The position numbers and the translations under genes were made by a program. The notes under the pieces were generated by a model, which did not search any database, was not told where the DNA came from, and worked only from the letters and a program-made list of their open reading frames with translations. This document shows, in pieces, positions 24,178 to 36,253 of a DNA stretch of 64,000 nt (position 1 is its first letter; every line of letters starts with the position of its first letter). The DNA comes from Trypanosoma brucei. Its lineage: Eukaryota. The stretch covers positions 3,200,001 to 3,264,000 of the forward strand of contig CM000208.1 in assembly GCA_000002445.1 (NCBI GenBank), read 5' to 3'.

Positions 24178-24822
24178 TTAGTAGATACGCTGCGACTTCC
24201 CCATCGTCGACTTGATGTACGCGGATTTCAGATTCTGCCAGTTCTTCTTCAACAAAGACACAAGGAAGTTGATCGCCATAACAACATTCTGGCGTACCTG
24301 ATCCTCCGTCATATCGACATGGCCGACGCATGTTCCAAGGCAGAGCACCTTCTTGAGCTGAAACTTCACTGTGGACTGAAGCTCGAGCACCTTGTCCGGC
24401 AGGCTCTCATTCTGCGCACACACCGTAGGGAACTTACCTACACGATGCATGTGAGGGCCGACAAGACGCGGGACTGTCTTAATGATAGACTCCGAACACA
24501 AGAAGGCATCGTACTGGTTACACATCTTTTTCACCAGCTTCTTGTTCTTGTTCAGTTTCTTCAGTTCCTCCTGGTTCATGGTCGGGACGTCATTCTTCTT
24601 GGCGATGTCCTCGTGCACGAGGTCACAGAGAAGGCAGACAGTCATACGGGGGCGGCACACGTGCGGGAGGCGCACAGAACCAGAGAAACGCTTGTCCTTT
24701 TGGGGGTCGTAGTTCTTCAGGTTTACTTGCAAATCAATGCTCTCCTTGAACTTACGCTCCTTGCGATCTTTCAACACATTTTGAATAGCCTCAGAAAGCA
24801 GTGCTGGAGGGATCTTAGACAT
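24178..24822 (-). CDS. RPL10A: 60S ribosomal protein L10a (uL1)
   Basis: 214 aa with an ATG start. Full-length match to eukaryotic L10a ([51 protein letters not shown]). Confidence 0.92.
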
Positions 24823-25439
24823 CGCTCAAATGTTAACTGAATGAGTTAAAATATTTGTGTGTTGGTGTGTAGATTCGCTCGCACGGGTAATTGCGACTTA
24901 AGGACGGGAAACTGAACTCGGCTCCTCGTTCTCGCGTGGCTTTCTTCCTTAGAACGTAACTTCTATTATGGCTGTTGTTTGCTAATCGTGGCACCTCCCA
25001 TACGTTTTTTGAGGTTGGTGAGCAAATAGACGAAAGGGTAGAGGAACCGAATGAATAGAAATGAATGGCACGACATGCTATGCCGCTGGTACCAAAAAGT
25101 AGTGACGAAGCGAATCTTTGCATGAGCACAAACAGAATGCATGATCCCTCAACCTTCCTAGAAAAAAAAAATATTGTGCGAGTGAAAGATAATGCGGTCT
25201 TTACCCGAACCCCGTCCGCCCTACAGAGTTTGGCAAACAAATTCCTGCGCTTCCAAATTTCTCCCTTTGCCGCAATTATGAAAAAAAAATGTAGTTGCCG
25301 TTAGAGATGCGAAATCGAAACACCAAGAAACAGACGTGTCGTCAACAACAAATGAAGTGGATGATTATGAAGTCCTTCAACATGGGAAGCGTGTATGCTC
25401 CCACCCCCGATACCCCACTTCCGCCAGGAATGGGTTGCA

Positions 25440-27149
25440 CTAGTACTGCGGCTGGTTTTGCGCGTCCATTAGCTTACCAACTAGCTGCTCAACAGTTGGT
25501 GTCACCGGGCGCTCTCCCCACAAGCGCTCCAGGTCCGCGCTCATGAGCTCCTTTTTACTTAGCAGCTCGCCCACAACGATCTCAACTTTTTCGGTATTAT
25601 TTTTGATTATGTCCACCGCCATCTGGTATGAGAGGGACACAAGTTTCATGGCCTCCTTTTCTGCCAGATGCTGCGCTTTATTGGAGTAGTTCACAAACAT
25701 GCGACCAGCTTGGGTTGACTCCGGATGATATGCAAGTAACCCGGCGTCAGCGTCCATACCGAAGGCCATCATTTGCTTCAATGCAAGGTCAGTGGCACGC
25801 TGAAGATCATCCATTGCACCGGCGGAAGGATTTCCCAGCAGCGCTTCCTCCGCAGCTCGACCACCCAACATGACAACCATGTCAGCCAAAAGAGTAGCAT
25901 TTGTTTGATACTCGTGATATTCATTTCCTGCGCGTTGCGTGTACCCAAGAGCCTGTCCGCGCGGAACGACACTCACTTTCAGTACTCGTTTCACCGTGGG
26001 CAACATCCACGCTGTCAACGCGTGGCCTGTTTCATGGATAGCCGTTCTCCGAAGTGAAGTTTCACTTTGGCGGTTCCTGTGCTTGCTACCCACCAACGTG
26101 TTGTCCACAGCCTCAAGGAATGATTCCTTCTCCACTAGCTTCTTTTCCTGAATACCGCTCTGCAATGCCGCCTCGTTTACAACGGTAGCAATTGTTGCAG
26201 GAGAGAGACCAGGTGTCATGTCGGCAAGCTCTTTTGCTAGAACTAAGTTGCTGATTCGGTCGTCCACCTGCAACGGTTGCCCCTCGTCGTCCGTGGTTCG
26301 TCCTTTAGGGTCACCAGTACAAACACGATCCAAGTAGTGTTTAAATACCTCCACTCGCGCAGCTTTGTCAGGCATCTCAATGTTAATCTTGCGGTCAAAC
26401 CGACCCTCACGAAGGAGTGCCTTGTCAATATTGTCCTGAAAGTTCGTTGCTGCCATGACGATAAGTACGTCGGAACCTGAATTCAACCCATCGAGCTCCG
26501 CGAGGAGTTGATTGATTGTCCGGTTTTCTTCACTGCTGACAGACCCTCCCCGTTTTCCCGCACGTGAACCTATGGCGTCAATTTCATCAATGAAAATAAT
26601 TGCGGGTGCGGCTCCTCTAGCTTCCTCAAACAACTCCCTGACACGCTTAGGTCCGCTGCCACCCATTAACTCAATAAAGTCTGAGCCGCTGCAACTAAAG
26701 AATGGCACATCCGCCTCACCAGCAACAGCTTTTGCCAGCAAGGTTTTTCCAGTTCCTGGTTCACCAGTCAGTAAGCACCCCTTCGGAAGTCGCGCACCCA
26801 GGCGCGTAAACTGGTTTGGGTTCTTCAGAAATTCCACATAATGACGAACCTCCTCCTTAGCCTCAGGTATGCCGATCACATCGCTAAACCTTGTGCCTTT
26901 CACTTCAACACGGAATTGTCGCTTCTTTATTGGCATCATTTGTTCCATAAAGCTATCAAACATATTGTTTTTGGCTCCCGTAGGGGACTGGCGGCGCATG
27001 TAAACCCACGACAGTGCGATTGGCACACCGAACCACAGTAAAGGCCCAAGTGATGGACGCAGCCAGTTATCCTCAGTGCGCGACCGATGGGCATAGGCGT
27101 CGTTGAGCCCACGGACGTATTCGGAGTTGGTGTTGCTAGCAGTGCTCAT
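25440..27149 (-). CDS. ATP-dependent zinc metalloprotease FtsH/YME1-like (AAA+ plus M41 peptidase), probably mitochondrial
   Basis: ATG start. One TM segment (LGPLLWFGVPIALSWVY). Walker A GEPGTGKT, Walker B IIFIDEID, second region of homology (AATNFQDNIDKALLREGRFDRK) and the zinc-binding HETGHAL of the M41 protease domain. Confidence 0.9.
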   Translation of the reverse strand: MSTASNTNSEYVRGLNDAYAHRSRTEDNWLRPSLGPLLWFGVPIALSWVYMRRQSPTGAKNNMFDSFMEQMMPIKKRQFRVEVKGTRFSDVIGIPEAKEEVRHYVEFLKNPNQFTRLGARLPKGCLLTGEPGTGKTLLAKAVAGEADVPFFSCSGSDFIELMGGSGPKRVRELFEEARGAAPAIIFIDEIDAIGSRAGKRGGSVSSEENRTINQLLAELDGLNSGSDVLIVMAATNFQDNIDKALLREGRFDRKINIEMPDKAARVEVFKHYLDRVCTGDPKGRTTDDEGQPLQVDDRISNLVLAKELADMTPGLSPATIATVVNEAALQSGIQEKKLVEKESFLEAVDNTLVGSKHRNRQSETSLRRTAIHETGHALTAWMLPTVKRVLKVSVVPRGQALGYTQRAGNEYHEYQTNATLLADMVVMLGGRAAEEALLGNPSAGAMDDLQRATDLALKQMMAFGMDADAGLLAYHPESTQAGRMFVNYSNKAQHLAEKEAMKLVSLSYQMAVDIIKNNTEKVEIVVGELLSKKELMSADLERLWGERPVTPTVEQLVGKLMDAQNQPQY

Positions 27150-27496
27150 GTCTTAAATGCTGCGGAGCACGGTCGGAAAAATGTAATGTACTTAATTCTT
27201 TCCAAAGGAACACATGAATTGCCCACCAGAAAAAGAAAAGAGTAAAAAATAAAGATAATATGATTTTTCCCCCTTTTTTTTAAGAAAGTTTACAACCACT
27301 AAAGTCAGGTTAGAATAAGAGGAAAGCACCGGTAGAACACAAACTGGAGCGAAGATGAAATACACATGGCAACGGCGAGCATCCCCCTTTTTTTTTTTCA
27401 CACAAACCGAATAATATAAAGGTTTCCCTAATATTTTCTTGTACTATTCACAGAAACTGCCAAATTACGATGCTTGGACACACGGGTCTTAGCATA

Positions 27497-27850
27497 CTAT
27501 TTTGGTTGCGCTGGGGGTTGGTATGCCAGTTGTTTGATGACGTCAGCAGCTCGCTGCGCGATCTCTTGAAGCGGTACCCTCCTCCCTTCTTCAGTCAGCA
27601 ACGGGTGTGAAACTCTCTGCGGATTGTTGCTCAGCAGGTACGCTGCCAAAAATGCGAGTGGATCGGCGGGCCGCACTTTCACCACCTCCTCTAGTCCACG
27701 AAGCAACAACGGCAAAACGGTTGTCTCGAGATATGGCTGGTCCGGCAGCGCATAAACGGGCACCTTAGGTGGTGTAGGGGGCGCACGAAGATGCGCTGCT
27801 AGGCGGTCAAGCGGTGCATTCGCATCCTCTGATTCTTCTGGGGGGTTCAT
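27497..27850 (-). CDS. DPY-30 motif (RIIa-like dimerisation/docking) protein, 117 aa
   Basis: ATG start. The segment YLETTVLPLLLRGLEEVVKVRPADPLAFLAAYLLSNN matches the DPY-30 consensus (YL..V.P.L..GL..L.K.RP.DP..FLA.YLL). Confidence 0.6.
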   Translation of the reverse strand: MNPPEESEDANAPLDRLAAHLRAPPTPPKVPVYALPDQPYLETTVLPLLLRGLEEVVKVRPADPLAFLAAYLLSNNPQRVSHPLLTEEGRRVPLQEIAQRAADVIKQLAYQPPAQPK

Positions 27851-28199
27851 GCAACACTTTTTTCGTGTGTCTATGCTGTGTAATGTGCTATTATGTTTGC
27901 CTTTCTAACACAGGTCTGACCACGTCTCGCCTTTCTTGTTTACGAGTGTGGGAACTCTTTATACATAGAAGAGGAAAGAAAAGAAAAGTTATTAGCTGCG
28001 TTTAAAAGAAAAAAAAGGCCTAGTGGACCCCCAAAAGGTGAAAATGTTGGGTGAAGAGGCGTAGATGAGTTGCTATGAGCACGCAAAAAAAAAAAGAAAA
28101 CGAAATATTTGCTTTTCATTCCATTGCAATCCCAGGGGAAAATAGCTTAGCATCTGCTTCACGACGCCAATCCGGTGAAAGCCCATCGTGTACCTTTGC

Positions 28200-28460
28200 T
28201 TAATGATCTGGTTTTTTGCGGAATCCGCAGCCAGTTACCAGGATTGCCTTACCACCAGTGGGGCGGCAGAGCATGGTAGCGCAACCATTGCACTTAACCT
28301 CTGACGTGGCATGGCTGTATACCACAGTGATGTTCTTGCATCCGGGGCACTTGACGTCCATGAAATATGAATTGGGGCCCTGCACAAGACGACGGCGCTT
28401 GTGCTTCATGCGCTCTGTGCGCACCGTGGGGTAGCTGAGGTCAGAGTCGAAGAAACCCAT
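28200..28460 (-). CDS. RPS27: 40S ribosomal protein S27 (eS27)
   Basis: C4 zinc-finger core KCPGC...CNGC and [23 protein letters not shown] match eS27. The track ORF (28200..28484) starts with TTG directly after a TAA. The first ATG is 8 codons in and gives an 86-aa protein, which is typical for eS27. Confidence 0.9.
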   Translation of the reverse strand: MGFFDSDLSYPTVRTERMKHKRRRLVQGPNSYFMDVKCPGCKNITVVYSHATSEVKCNGCATMLCRPTGGKAILVTGCGFRKKPDH

Positions 28461-29454
28461 TGTAGCCTCTCTGTTCTTGCCCAATTAGACTAAGAACCCT
28501 CTATCCCCGAATGTGAGCTAAAAGAAAAAGTGCTTACCGCTGCAGGCTGTGGGCGCGTGCAAGCGTGAATGGCACCGCTAGTTTTCTCCGCCGGGGGAAA
28601 TCCAAGAATGACTTGAGCGAGAAGAAAGAAAATTGAATTGAAGGCAATGTAGTATTGACAAAAGTTTGCTATATGAAAGCCGAATCACTCTCACTGGTGT
28701 ACCCAGTACACACCCTTAGGATTTCGCTCACAGACACATAACGAACCACAGGCGAGGACCGGGTGACAAAAGAAACCGTGAATTCACAGGGAAGGAAAAG
28801 ATAAATTATTAATCACTGCCCCACCAATTGCACTATCCATGTGAACTGAAAATTAACTTGCGCACCACTTTCCATAGAAAAAGATAAGAAGCAAATTTGC
28901 ACCAGCAAACTAAACGAAAACAACGGCATACTTATACATGTCGTCACTCACGTACCCCTCCCTCACCACGTTCATATCGACTGACTGTCACTTGTATAAA
29001 TTGCGATTTTAGTTACCCTTGTGAATGTGTCCAGCATTTTTTTTTTCACACCTTTTCCTCTCCAATAACAGTCTACACTGCCGTAGAGTTGCCCCCGATG
29101 TGGTATAAAAAAAAAAAAAAGAGTCAATGATAAGTGGAAAAAAAAAGACACGACGCACATTCACCGTAAAAGAACTAACAAATCACACAGCACATACACC
29201 TTTCACGCCACTAACGCAGATGGCACATAGTGCCTTTGAGTGGCGCAATACCAGAGGTGAGGACACCTCCGTGTTTCTACAACTCACTAACATGAGAGTA
29301 AAGGCAGAAGGGCATATACATACCGAAGGTTGTGGTGCGCAGTTTGTACTGTGCCATACGCAGACGCACATACGTAAGGGTTTAAGTGCGACTCCTACCC
29401 TTCGCATACGTATTTGGACGCTTATCAACCTTTTACGTATCGAATTTTTGACCC

Positions 29455-31062
29455 CTACTTACGAGCCTCGAAGCAAGTGACACACACACGCTCCGGCACG
29501 TCACCCCTTAGCGGCAACTGGAACGGTGAACAGGTGGCACAGAATACATACCCACACGCGCGGCAGTGGTGTCTACGGCGCTTGAATGTGAACGGTTGCT
29601 GGCACCTGTTGCATTCTTTTGCGGCATCGTCACTCTGCCACTGCACCGCTTCAACAACCTCCTCCTGCTTCAACCCACCTCCACCCACTTGTGCGGCTCG
29701 CATATGCGCGGGTTGCTTCGCGGAGCACATCTCACATGCCTCGAGCGCCCATGTGTTTTGGTATGTACAGGAGGGGCAGCTCCACCACTTGGGCGAGCCC
29801 AAGTTCTGCTCTTCGTTGTGGTCCTTTTTGGATGGCGCCAGGTGGCGGGGCCGTTGCCCGCTCTGACACGCAGTACACAATGCCTCACTGACAGGGTTCT
29901 CCAGAGTGCAAGCGGAGCACACCCACGTGAGATCCCCCGCGGTGCCCACATCAGTGCGCAGTTGAGTGCTTGATTTGTCAACGATGGGCGTTCCGTTGCT
30001 TTGATAACTCTGGCATTTCTCACAACGTGGGTTTGTGACTTTGTTATTTTTTCCGCAGATACCGCAGAGCCAAGCATTGGCAACCACGTGGGAGGAAGCA
30101 GTTGGCCCACCAACTATCGATGCAGTGGTAACAGGTGTGCCATTTTTCTGATAACTGTGACATACTTTGCAGTTCGTGTGGTGCGCCTCATTAGGTGCGA
30201 AACACATACTGCAAAGCCACGCAGTAGGTCCAGCAACTGAAGCTGCCAAAGGAACATTGTTGTGCCTATGCGGCGCTGGTGCACCGTGGTTTCCACTCGG
30301 AGGACCCGCGTTAACGGGAAGGTTGCATCCCGGCCGGCCAGCCTCGCACATTTCGCAAGTGTTTACGGTCAACGGATTCCGATAGGTACACTTTGGGCAA
30401 CCCCAGGTTTCCAGTTCTTCCCGTTTCCTTCGTTCTTTCTCACGTTCTTTCTCAATCTCCTTGCGGAGTTTAATAATCTTCTCCAATTGTTTCCGATCCT
30501 CCTCCTCTTGAGCCAATGCGAGGTCATTCGCGGACACAGCAGGTCCTACAGCACCTGTTCCTGCGACAACAGGGATCTGCGCCTGCAAAGCATTCGCCGT
30601 GTGGGGCACAACGGCAGAAAAAGCAAGCGCTTCTGGGACTATAGAACCGTGAGGTGCAGTGATTGGCGGCGAAGAGTAAGGCGCCACTTGCGGGGGAAGT
30701 GGAGCTGGTGGTGGCTGCACCTGAAGCGGTGGTGGAGAATATGCCGCTCCCCCTAGAGTCGACGTAACCGGGATAGTGGGGTTAGCAGCCGTAGCCTGAT
30801 ATATGCCAGGTGCATAACCCTGTACATGCCGGTGTTGCTGGGTTGCACCGTGACAGGTGAAAGAAGGAGGAGCGGAGGCCACACTCTCGAAAGGCGGCGG
30901 GGGCGCAGAGGGTAGCAAAGTGTTCACGCCGAACGGGTCGTGCTGCTGCATCACCGGGGGGGGAGGTGGGTCACTGGGTGGTGGTGGTGGCACGTAACCG
31001 CCAGTTTGGTTCTGACGCCCCCGTGACCCCGTGTCAAAGAGATCGTCCAAGTTGACATTCAT
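29455..31062 (-). CDS. Zinc-finger protein: Pro/Ala-rich N-terminus, coiled-coil KE-rich linker, five RanBP2-type zinc fingers and a C-terminal FYVE domain
   Basis: ATG start. Five W-x-C-x2-C-x3-N-x6-C-x2-C units: WGCPKCTYRNPLTVNTCEMC, WLCSMCFAPNEAHHTNCKVC, WLCGICGKNNKVTNPRCEKC, WVCSACTLENPVSEALCTAC and WSCPSCTYQNTWALEACEMC. FYVE signatures W-x-x-D, RRHHCRACG and RVCVTC are present. Confidence 0.8.
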   Translation of the reverse strand: MNVNLDDLFDTGSRGRQNQTGGYVPPPPPSDPPPPPVMQQHDPFGVNTLLPSAPPPPFESVASAPPSFTCHGATQQHRHVQGYAPGIYQATAANPTIPVTSTLGGAAYSPPPLQVQPPPAPLPPQVAPYSSPPITAPHGSIVPEALAFSAVVPHTANALQAQIPVVAGTGAVGPAVSANDLALAQEEEDRKQLEKIIKLRKEIEKEREKERRKREELETWGCPKCTYRNPLTVNTCEMCEAGRPGCNLPVNAGPPSGNHGAPAPHRHNNVPLAASVAGPTAWLCSMCFAPNEAHHTNCKVCHSYQKNGTPVTTASIVGGPTASSHVVANAWLCGICGKNNKVTNPRCEKCQSYQSNGTPIVDKSSTQLRTDVGTAGDLTWVCSACTLENPVSEALCTACQSGQRPRHLAPSKKDHNEEQNLGSPKWWSCPSCTYQNTWALEACEMCSAKQPAHMRAAQVGGGGLKQEEVVEAVQWQSDDAAKECNRCQQPFTFKRRRHHCRACGYVFCATCSPFQLPLRGDVPERVCVTCFEARK

Positions 31063-31078
31063 TACAGCTGCTTGATAA

Positions 31079-31098
31079 TATATATATATATATATATT
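31079..31098. repeat. (TA)10 microsatellite immediately upstream of the RanBP2/FYVE gene start
   Basis: Direct reading: aatatatatatatatatatatatttatc. Confidence 0.85.
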
Positions 31099-32178
31099 TA
31101 TCAGCAGAAGTTAGGTGCTCAAATACCCGCTTGGTTGCAACAAGGTCACTTAAGGGTGACGGTGTGTAATATATACGATAGCAGACAAAAGAAATAGGAA
31201 GAAGTGCGTCCAGAAATTCCCACCGAAGAAGAGATTTGACAAAGCTCTCACCCTTTAGAACGAAAGCATCAAAATAAACAAAATGAAAAAATAAGAGGGA
31301 AGGCCGCAAAACAGAGTAGTAGAACGTTGCTGCAAACAGCAGTGACGGAAGAAACAACATCATTGAAAGCTCACGTACGCAGTCGCGGTACTACTAGGCA
31401 ACGATCCCCGAATAGGCCAATCAAAAGAACACTGAAGCACCTTTTAGCTGGCAGACAAGAGTACTGCACCCTCTGTTCTCAGGCCATGGACAACAGGTTG
31501 CCAACAATAAGGAAAATGCACACACATCTGTATGTACGCATCTATGCGGGCAGAAGTGGGTTCAGCGTCACAATTTTCTCAAATGCAGCAAGCATCGTTA
31601 GCATTAAACACATCCGTAAGGTGAAAGCCTCAGTCAAACAAAGCACGATGTACAAAACAAAGGGATTCATCGTCCACTTCCATAAAAGTCAATGCGGCAA
31701 TATAACGTCGACACTTTTGGATAAAGGGAAATCGAGACAATGTGCTCCATTAACGCTTCTCATTCAACTTATAACGCTTTACCTCGGCACACACGACATG
31801 CCCCCTCTCCTGACCTTCACATGCGTTTAGACGAGGGAAAAGCACAAAGGTTCATGTGATGCAGCACTAGCACATACTCAGACTCAAGTGCACACGCACC
31901 TTTATTGACTTGGTCCCACATATGTGTGACACAGAATGATAGCGCAAAAAAGAAAAAGACGGCAACATCCGTCGACAGCAACACCGATGATAACAACCGG
32001 CACAGGCATTTAAAAAAAAAAAAGGTTCAATTTTACTGGTTTGAACGAGGGAGGTGTAAAGGAAGGAATGCAGAAACAAAAAAAACATGCCGATGGAAGC
32101 AAACGTGGCACACAGGGGCGTGTGTCTTCGTTCCCTAACTGAATAAACACACGAACACAAAAATAGGAACATATGCAT

Positions 32179-32204
32179 GCATATATATATATATATATAT
32201 ATAT
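32179..32204. repeat. (AT)13 microsatellite
   Basis: Direct reading: gcatatatatatatatatatatatatattccc. Confidence 0.85.
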
Positions 32205-33092
32205 TCCCTTGGCATTCCCCCCTGCACCACGTTTAGACATTTACCAGATCACCCAGATGAAACCATGACAAGTGAAACCGCAATTGCATAAAAGCGGTTT
32301 CCATGACATGGTTGCAGCAATTTTACAATGGAAAAAAGCAAGCAACGGTTTGCAACACCGTTCAACAAAGAACGAGGGAAAACCTGGAAAGAAGGCGACG
32401 GTCGATCACCTCCAAAATGACTTTCCGTCGTTTTCCCCTTCGAATTTTGTACCAACATGCATCTCCTCACCAATCAACATTTCCTTATTGTCATCTCCGA
32501 ACAGTACCGACCGCCAAAGAGCAATAAAAATTTTGCTTTGGACATAAAAACAAAGAAACTTCCACCTTCCACCGGGAAACCGCAGTTACAGGACGACAAA
32601 CGAAGTAGAAGAAAAGAGGATTTGGCATGGTAAGTTATTGTGAAAGTGGGGAACCCAGACAGGGTACCCTCTAGAACCCATTCACGCACGCACACCCTCG
32701 CCGTAACCCATATTACAACATTTATGTGAGCATAAGCAATGTTACAGAGAAAGCAGGAAGGCGCAAATAAAGTAGTGCTTCAAGACGGAAAAACAATGTC
32801 GTTGAAATGTCGCAGTGGCCTTCACAGGGCCTCGTAATGAACTCTCTGCCCCCAGCACTCACCACACAACACAAATAAGGGGAAAGGAGATACACGGTTC
32901 TCCCCTTGTTACGAGCACTTCCAACACATACAAAAGCAACCAACCCTGTCACTCAAGCATGAAGCAGCACACGATACGATCGGAGTTTGCCAGACACACA
33001 CACACACATATACCAAAGCAAAACACTGCTAATTTTAGGTGATTGACCACGGTTTCAACCGTTGATTGTTTTTTTTCCCCTTGCTCGGTATG

Positions 33093-34196
33093 CTACTCGC
33101 CCGATCCGCTCAAGCGGATCATTGCACCTGTTGGGGACTGCCATTTCTCGTCATCCCACGAAATATTCCCATTGTTGAGAGAAAGGCCACCGTTTCTGGA
33201 AATGGAGGCATCGTTTTGTAAACTTTCGATGTGTTCATCATCCGCTACGTCAAAAGTCCACGTACGTCCGGTACAAGTCTCTTTCTTGTTAGAGCCACTC
33301 TCAGATTGTTTTTGCTGTGTATGCACGTGTTGATTATATACATTTGAATGGGGAGCAGTGGCTGATGGATAAACAACACTCTCAAACTGGTAGAGTCTCG
33401 GTGCTGATGTGTATGGTTGCTCCTCGACAGAGAAGGAACTATAACTGCCTCGGTTCCTATCTAAGCCATCAACGCGATTTGTAGATGATGTGTACGGGCC
33501 AGAACCTGTGCCGGGAACACTCTGAGAGTGGATAGATGACGGAAGAGTATACCCTCCATTGTTGTCGGCGATTGTGGGGGGAAACATGTTAACAGAGGCA
33601 CCCAAACGCAACGGCATTCCCACCATGCCCGTTTCACCAGGAATTTGAGCCATTGGTGCTCTTGAACTCATCGTATACACCTGTTGGTTCGGGCACCTTG
33701 CTTTGCTTATGGTGGCAAATTGTACACGAAGTGGATTGGTTTGGGGAGGAACCGTGTGCTTCTCATGGAGAGCATAAATGGCGCTCGAGGCCATCTCATC
33801 CGTTCGATAACGCACCCATGCGCTCCCCTTTGAACGTCCCATGGAATCACGCATGATCTTAACCTCTAAAAGCTCTCCATAGGGTTCAAAAACCGGTCGC
33901 AGTTGTTTTTCTGTTGCGACAGCAGGTACCTGCCCTACAAAGAGCTTGCTTCCAACACGAGTATGCCTATTACCCCTGGAAACAGGGTATTGCTGGGCGT
34001 GATGGACCATGTTCGTCATATGCCCGGTGCTGAAGGTTCTTGACTGTCGGTGCGTTACGGCTCCATGTGAATCTGCACGCCCCACATCATTGTCGCAGTG
34101 TTTTGGGGAATAGCCCATACCTGTATCATCGTTGACGTTGCCTATGCTGGGGCTGCTGAACACACACTGAGGATTCGCCAATGGTGAAAAATTCAT
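33093..34196 (-). CDS. RNA-binding protein with one RRM
   Basis: ATG start. RNP2 LFVGQV and RNP1 KGSAWVRY are about 40 aa apart. The remainder is low complexity, rich in Ser, Pro, Gly and Gln. Confidence 0.75.
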   Translation of the reverse strand: MNFSPLANPQCVFSSPSIGNVNDDTGMGYSPKHCDNDVGRADSHGAVTHRQSRTFSTGHMTNMVHHAQQYPVSRGNRHTRVGSKLFVGQVPAVATEKQLRPVFEPYGELLEVKIMRDSMGRSKGSAWVRYRTDEMASSAIYALHEKHTVPPQTNPLRVQFATISKARCPNQQVYTMSSRAPMAQIPGETGMVGMPLRLGASVNMFPPTIADNNGGYTLPSSIHSQSVPGTGSGPYTSSTNRVDGLDRNRGSYSSFSVEEQPYTSAPRLYQFESVVYPSATAPHSNVYNQHVHTQQKQSESGSNKKETCTGRTWTFDVADDEHIESLQNDASISRNGGLSLNNGNISWDDEKWQSPTGAMIRLSGSGE

Positions 34197-36253
34197 TCCT
34201 TCCTACCTTATCCACTTTCTTCACGCTAAACGTTTCGCCCCACTCTTCCTCTGGCGCGCGCACTTACTCAACTAGTAAATTTCGGGATAGTTAACAACTC
34301 TCAGTCGACCTCGAAACTCCAAAGAGAAAGGATCCTAAGAAACATAAAAGAGACAAAGCATAGAAAAGCTTGAACTCACAGGGCAGTACGAAGTGCCTGG
34401 AAGGCTCAGTGAGTGTGCTCAAGCTTAAATCGCACCACGCAGAAAGGATGAAAAGGGCACGTATAATTGAAAAGCAACCCCCTTTTCCCCTTATGTGCCC
34501 CTCGCTTTGGGAATGGATTATGAAGTGGTCTTGAAAGGCAACGAAAGGCCTTCATAGTCCCATGACGGTGCGTCAGCGAAGCAACATCGTCGCGTCAGGG
34601 TATGTCAACCTGTGCTCAATGGCAATAGTTACCAGGAAGCACCTCCATGGCATCCTAGCAAGCTTGCATAAGCGTTTAATATAATCACCCACAAGCACAG
34701 GGATTAGTCTGCTGTGTTTAACCAAAAACCCCTCGAATTGACATTACCTCAGTTGCAGTGGCGGGGTGGCGAGAGACAAAAGTAAAAACACAAGAATGCA
34801 CAAACACAAGCAGCGAAACTAACAACGAAAACACAGAGGGTCCAACGTGTCTTACGCAGATAGAAAATACAAAACGGTTATATTTTCATCCAAAACTAAC
34901 CATCCACTCAATTTGCGCTTCCTCAAACATGAAGTATGAGCACAATTTACTCAAAAGCACTGTGGCTGAAAGAAGGGGGCGAGCGGAGGAACGATATTCC
35001 CTTCACTCTGAAAGACGCCACCATAGATACCCATAGTGTTCACATAATGTGGACAACGCAGGGGGAGAAGGTTGGCACAATCACTCCTCCAACCCCCCGA
35101 CAAACTGATCGGTCCAAAGCAATAACAGCTAAGGCAGCGAAAAATGCACCACATAACTTTACATGGCCCCTTACGCACTCACCGGGAATGGCGCAGAAGT
35201 GCCCCTGGTAGCACCACTTGTCAAAAATGCACTGACATGGTTACCGCCGCCCAATTAGGCTCTTTGTTCTGGTTCTAGCAAAGGTCATCAAGATGTCGCA
35301 CAATTGCGCAACTCCTCAACGTGCAGTAATACACGCATCCTTTGGGGTAGTGCGCACATATCGACGACGGTGGCCTCCATACCCCTAAAACTACAAACAA
35401 ATATCCCACGTTCTGTACAGAAGATCACAGTTTGGGTTGCCTAAAACCGTAACCACACGACGTGACGAATGTTTAAGCCGGTGATCTGTCCTGAAAGTTA
35501 TAACACCAGTTGAAGAAACACCGCATCCTTAAATAACAGAAATAGTACACCTAGCATCATTTGTTGTAAAAATCACAGGGAGAGAAAGTGATCACTGACA
35601 AACAAAAAATTGCAAAAGGAGGTTTTATGCTTCAAAACTCTCTCCCCCTATACCTACGGAACAACAACTGAGCAACCAGTTTGCTCCCGCATTGGATCGA
35701 ATCCAATGCCTTGTTTAAATAAACCTGCACTTCTGTGGGTGTTGAATAGCACGGACTGAACTAAAAAAAACGAGTGTCCAAATGCGCGAAAAGCCGTATC
35801 CAACAAAATCAACCTATGATAGTATCTGGGAGTAATCGCTTCTGCCTGTTTATTCAATTCCATCACCGTACGCAGCACAAGAACTTGTGTGCATGTTATT
35901 CAGGACCAATGCCAAATGCGCTTACGAACCAAAGAAAACACCAAGAGTATGTGGGTGGTGTGTCCTTTCCACCGCGTACATGACGTGCTCCCCAAGCACG
36001 CAACGAGTATCGCCTACTTAGCTAGGTACAGAGGTGGTGTCGATTTGCTTTAGGGAGGAGCTACGGCTACAGGACATCAGTACACTGAACACACATCAGC
36101 AACGCACAAGGCCGCACACGTCACACGTACGTCAAACCACTAGAGGATCGGGGCTACTGTGACCTTTCTAGCTAACGATGGTCACGACAACGCCCAACTA
36201 CAAATAGTGTAATAGACTTACACACCGATGTTTTGTAAAAGCCAGTAATTTAC

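Noticed and set aside
24319-24840. 173-aa plus-strand ORF overlapping the L10a gene
   Set aside because: Antisense shadow of a highly conserved ribosomal protein gene.
35689-35709. tRNA-like T-arm hairpin (gcattgg atcgaat ccaatgc)
   Set aside because: I could not build an acceptor stem (the required 5' partner [AG][CT][AG][AG]GG[CT] is absent about 65-75 nt upstream), nor D or anticodon arms. It is reported only as a hairpin, not as a tRNA.
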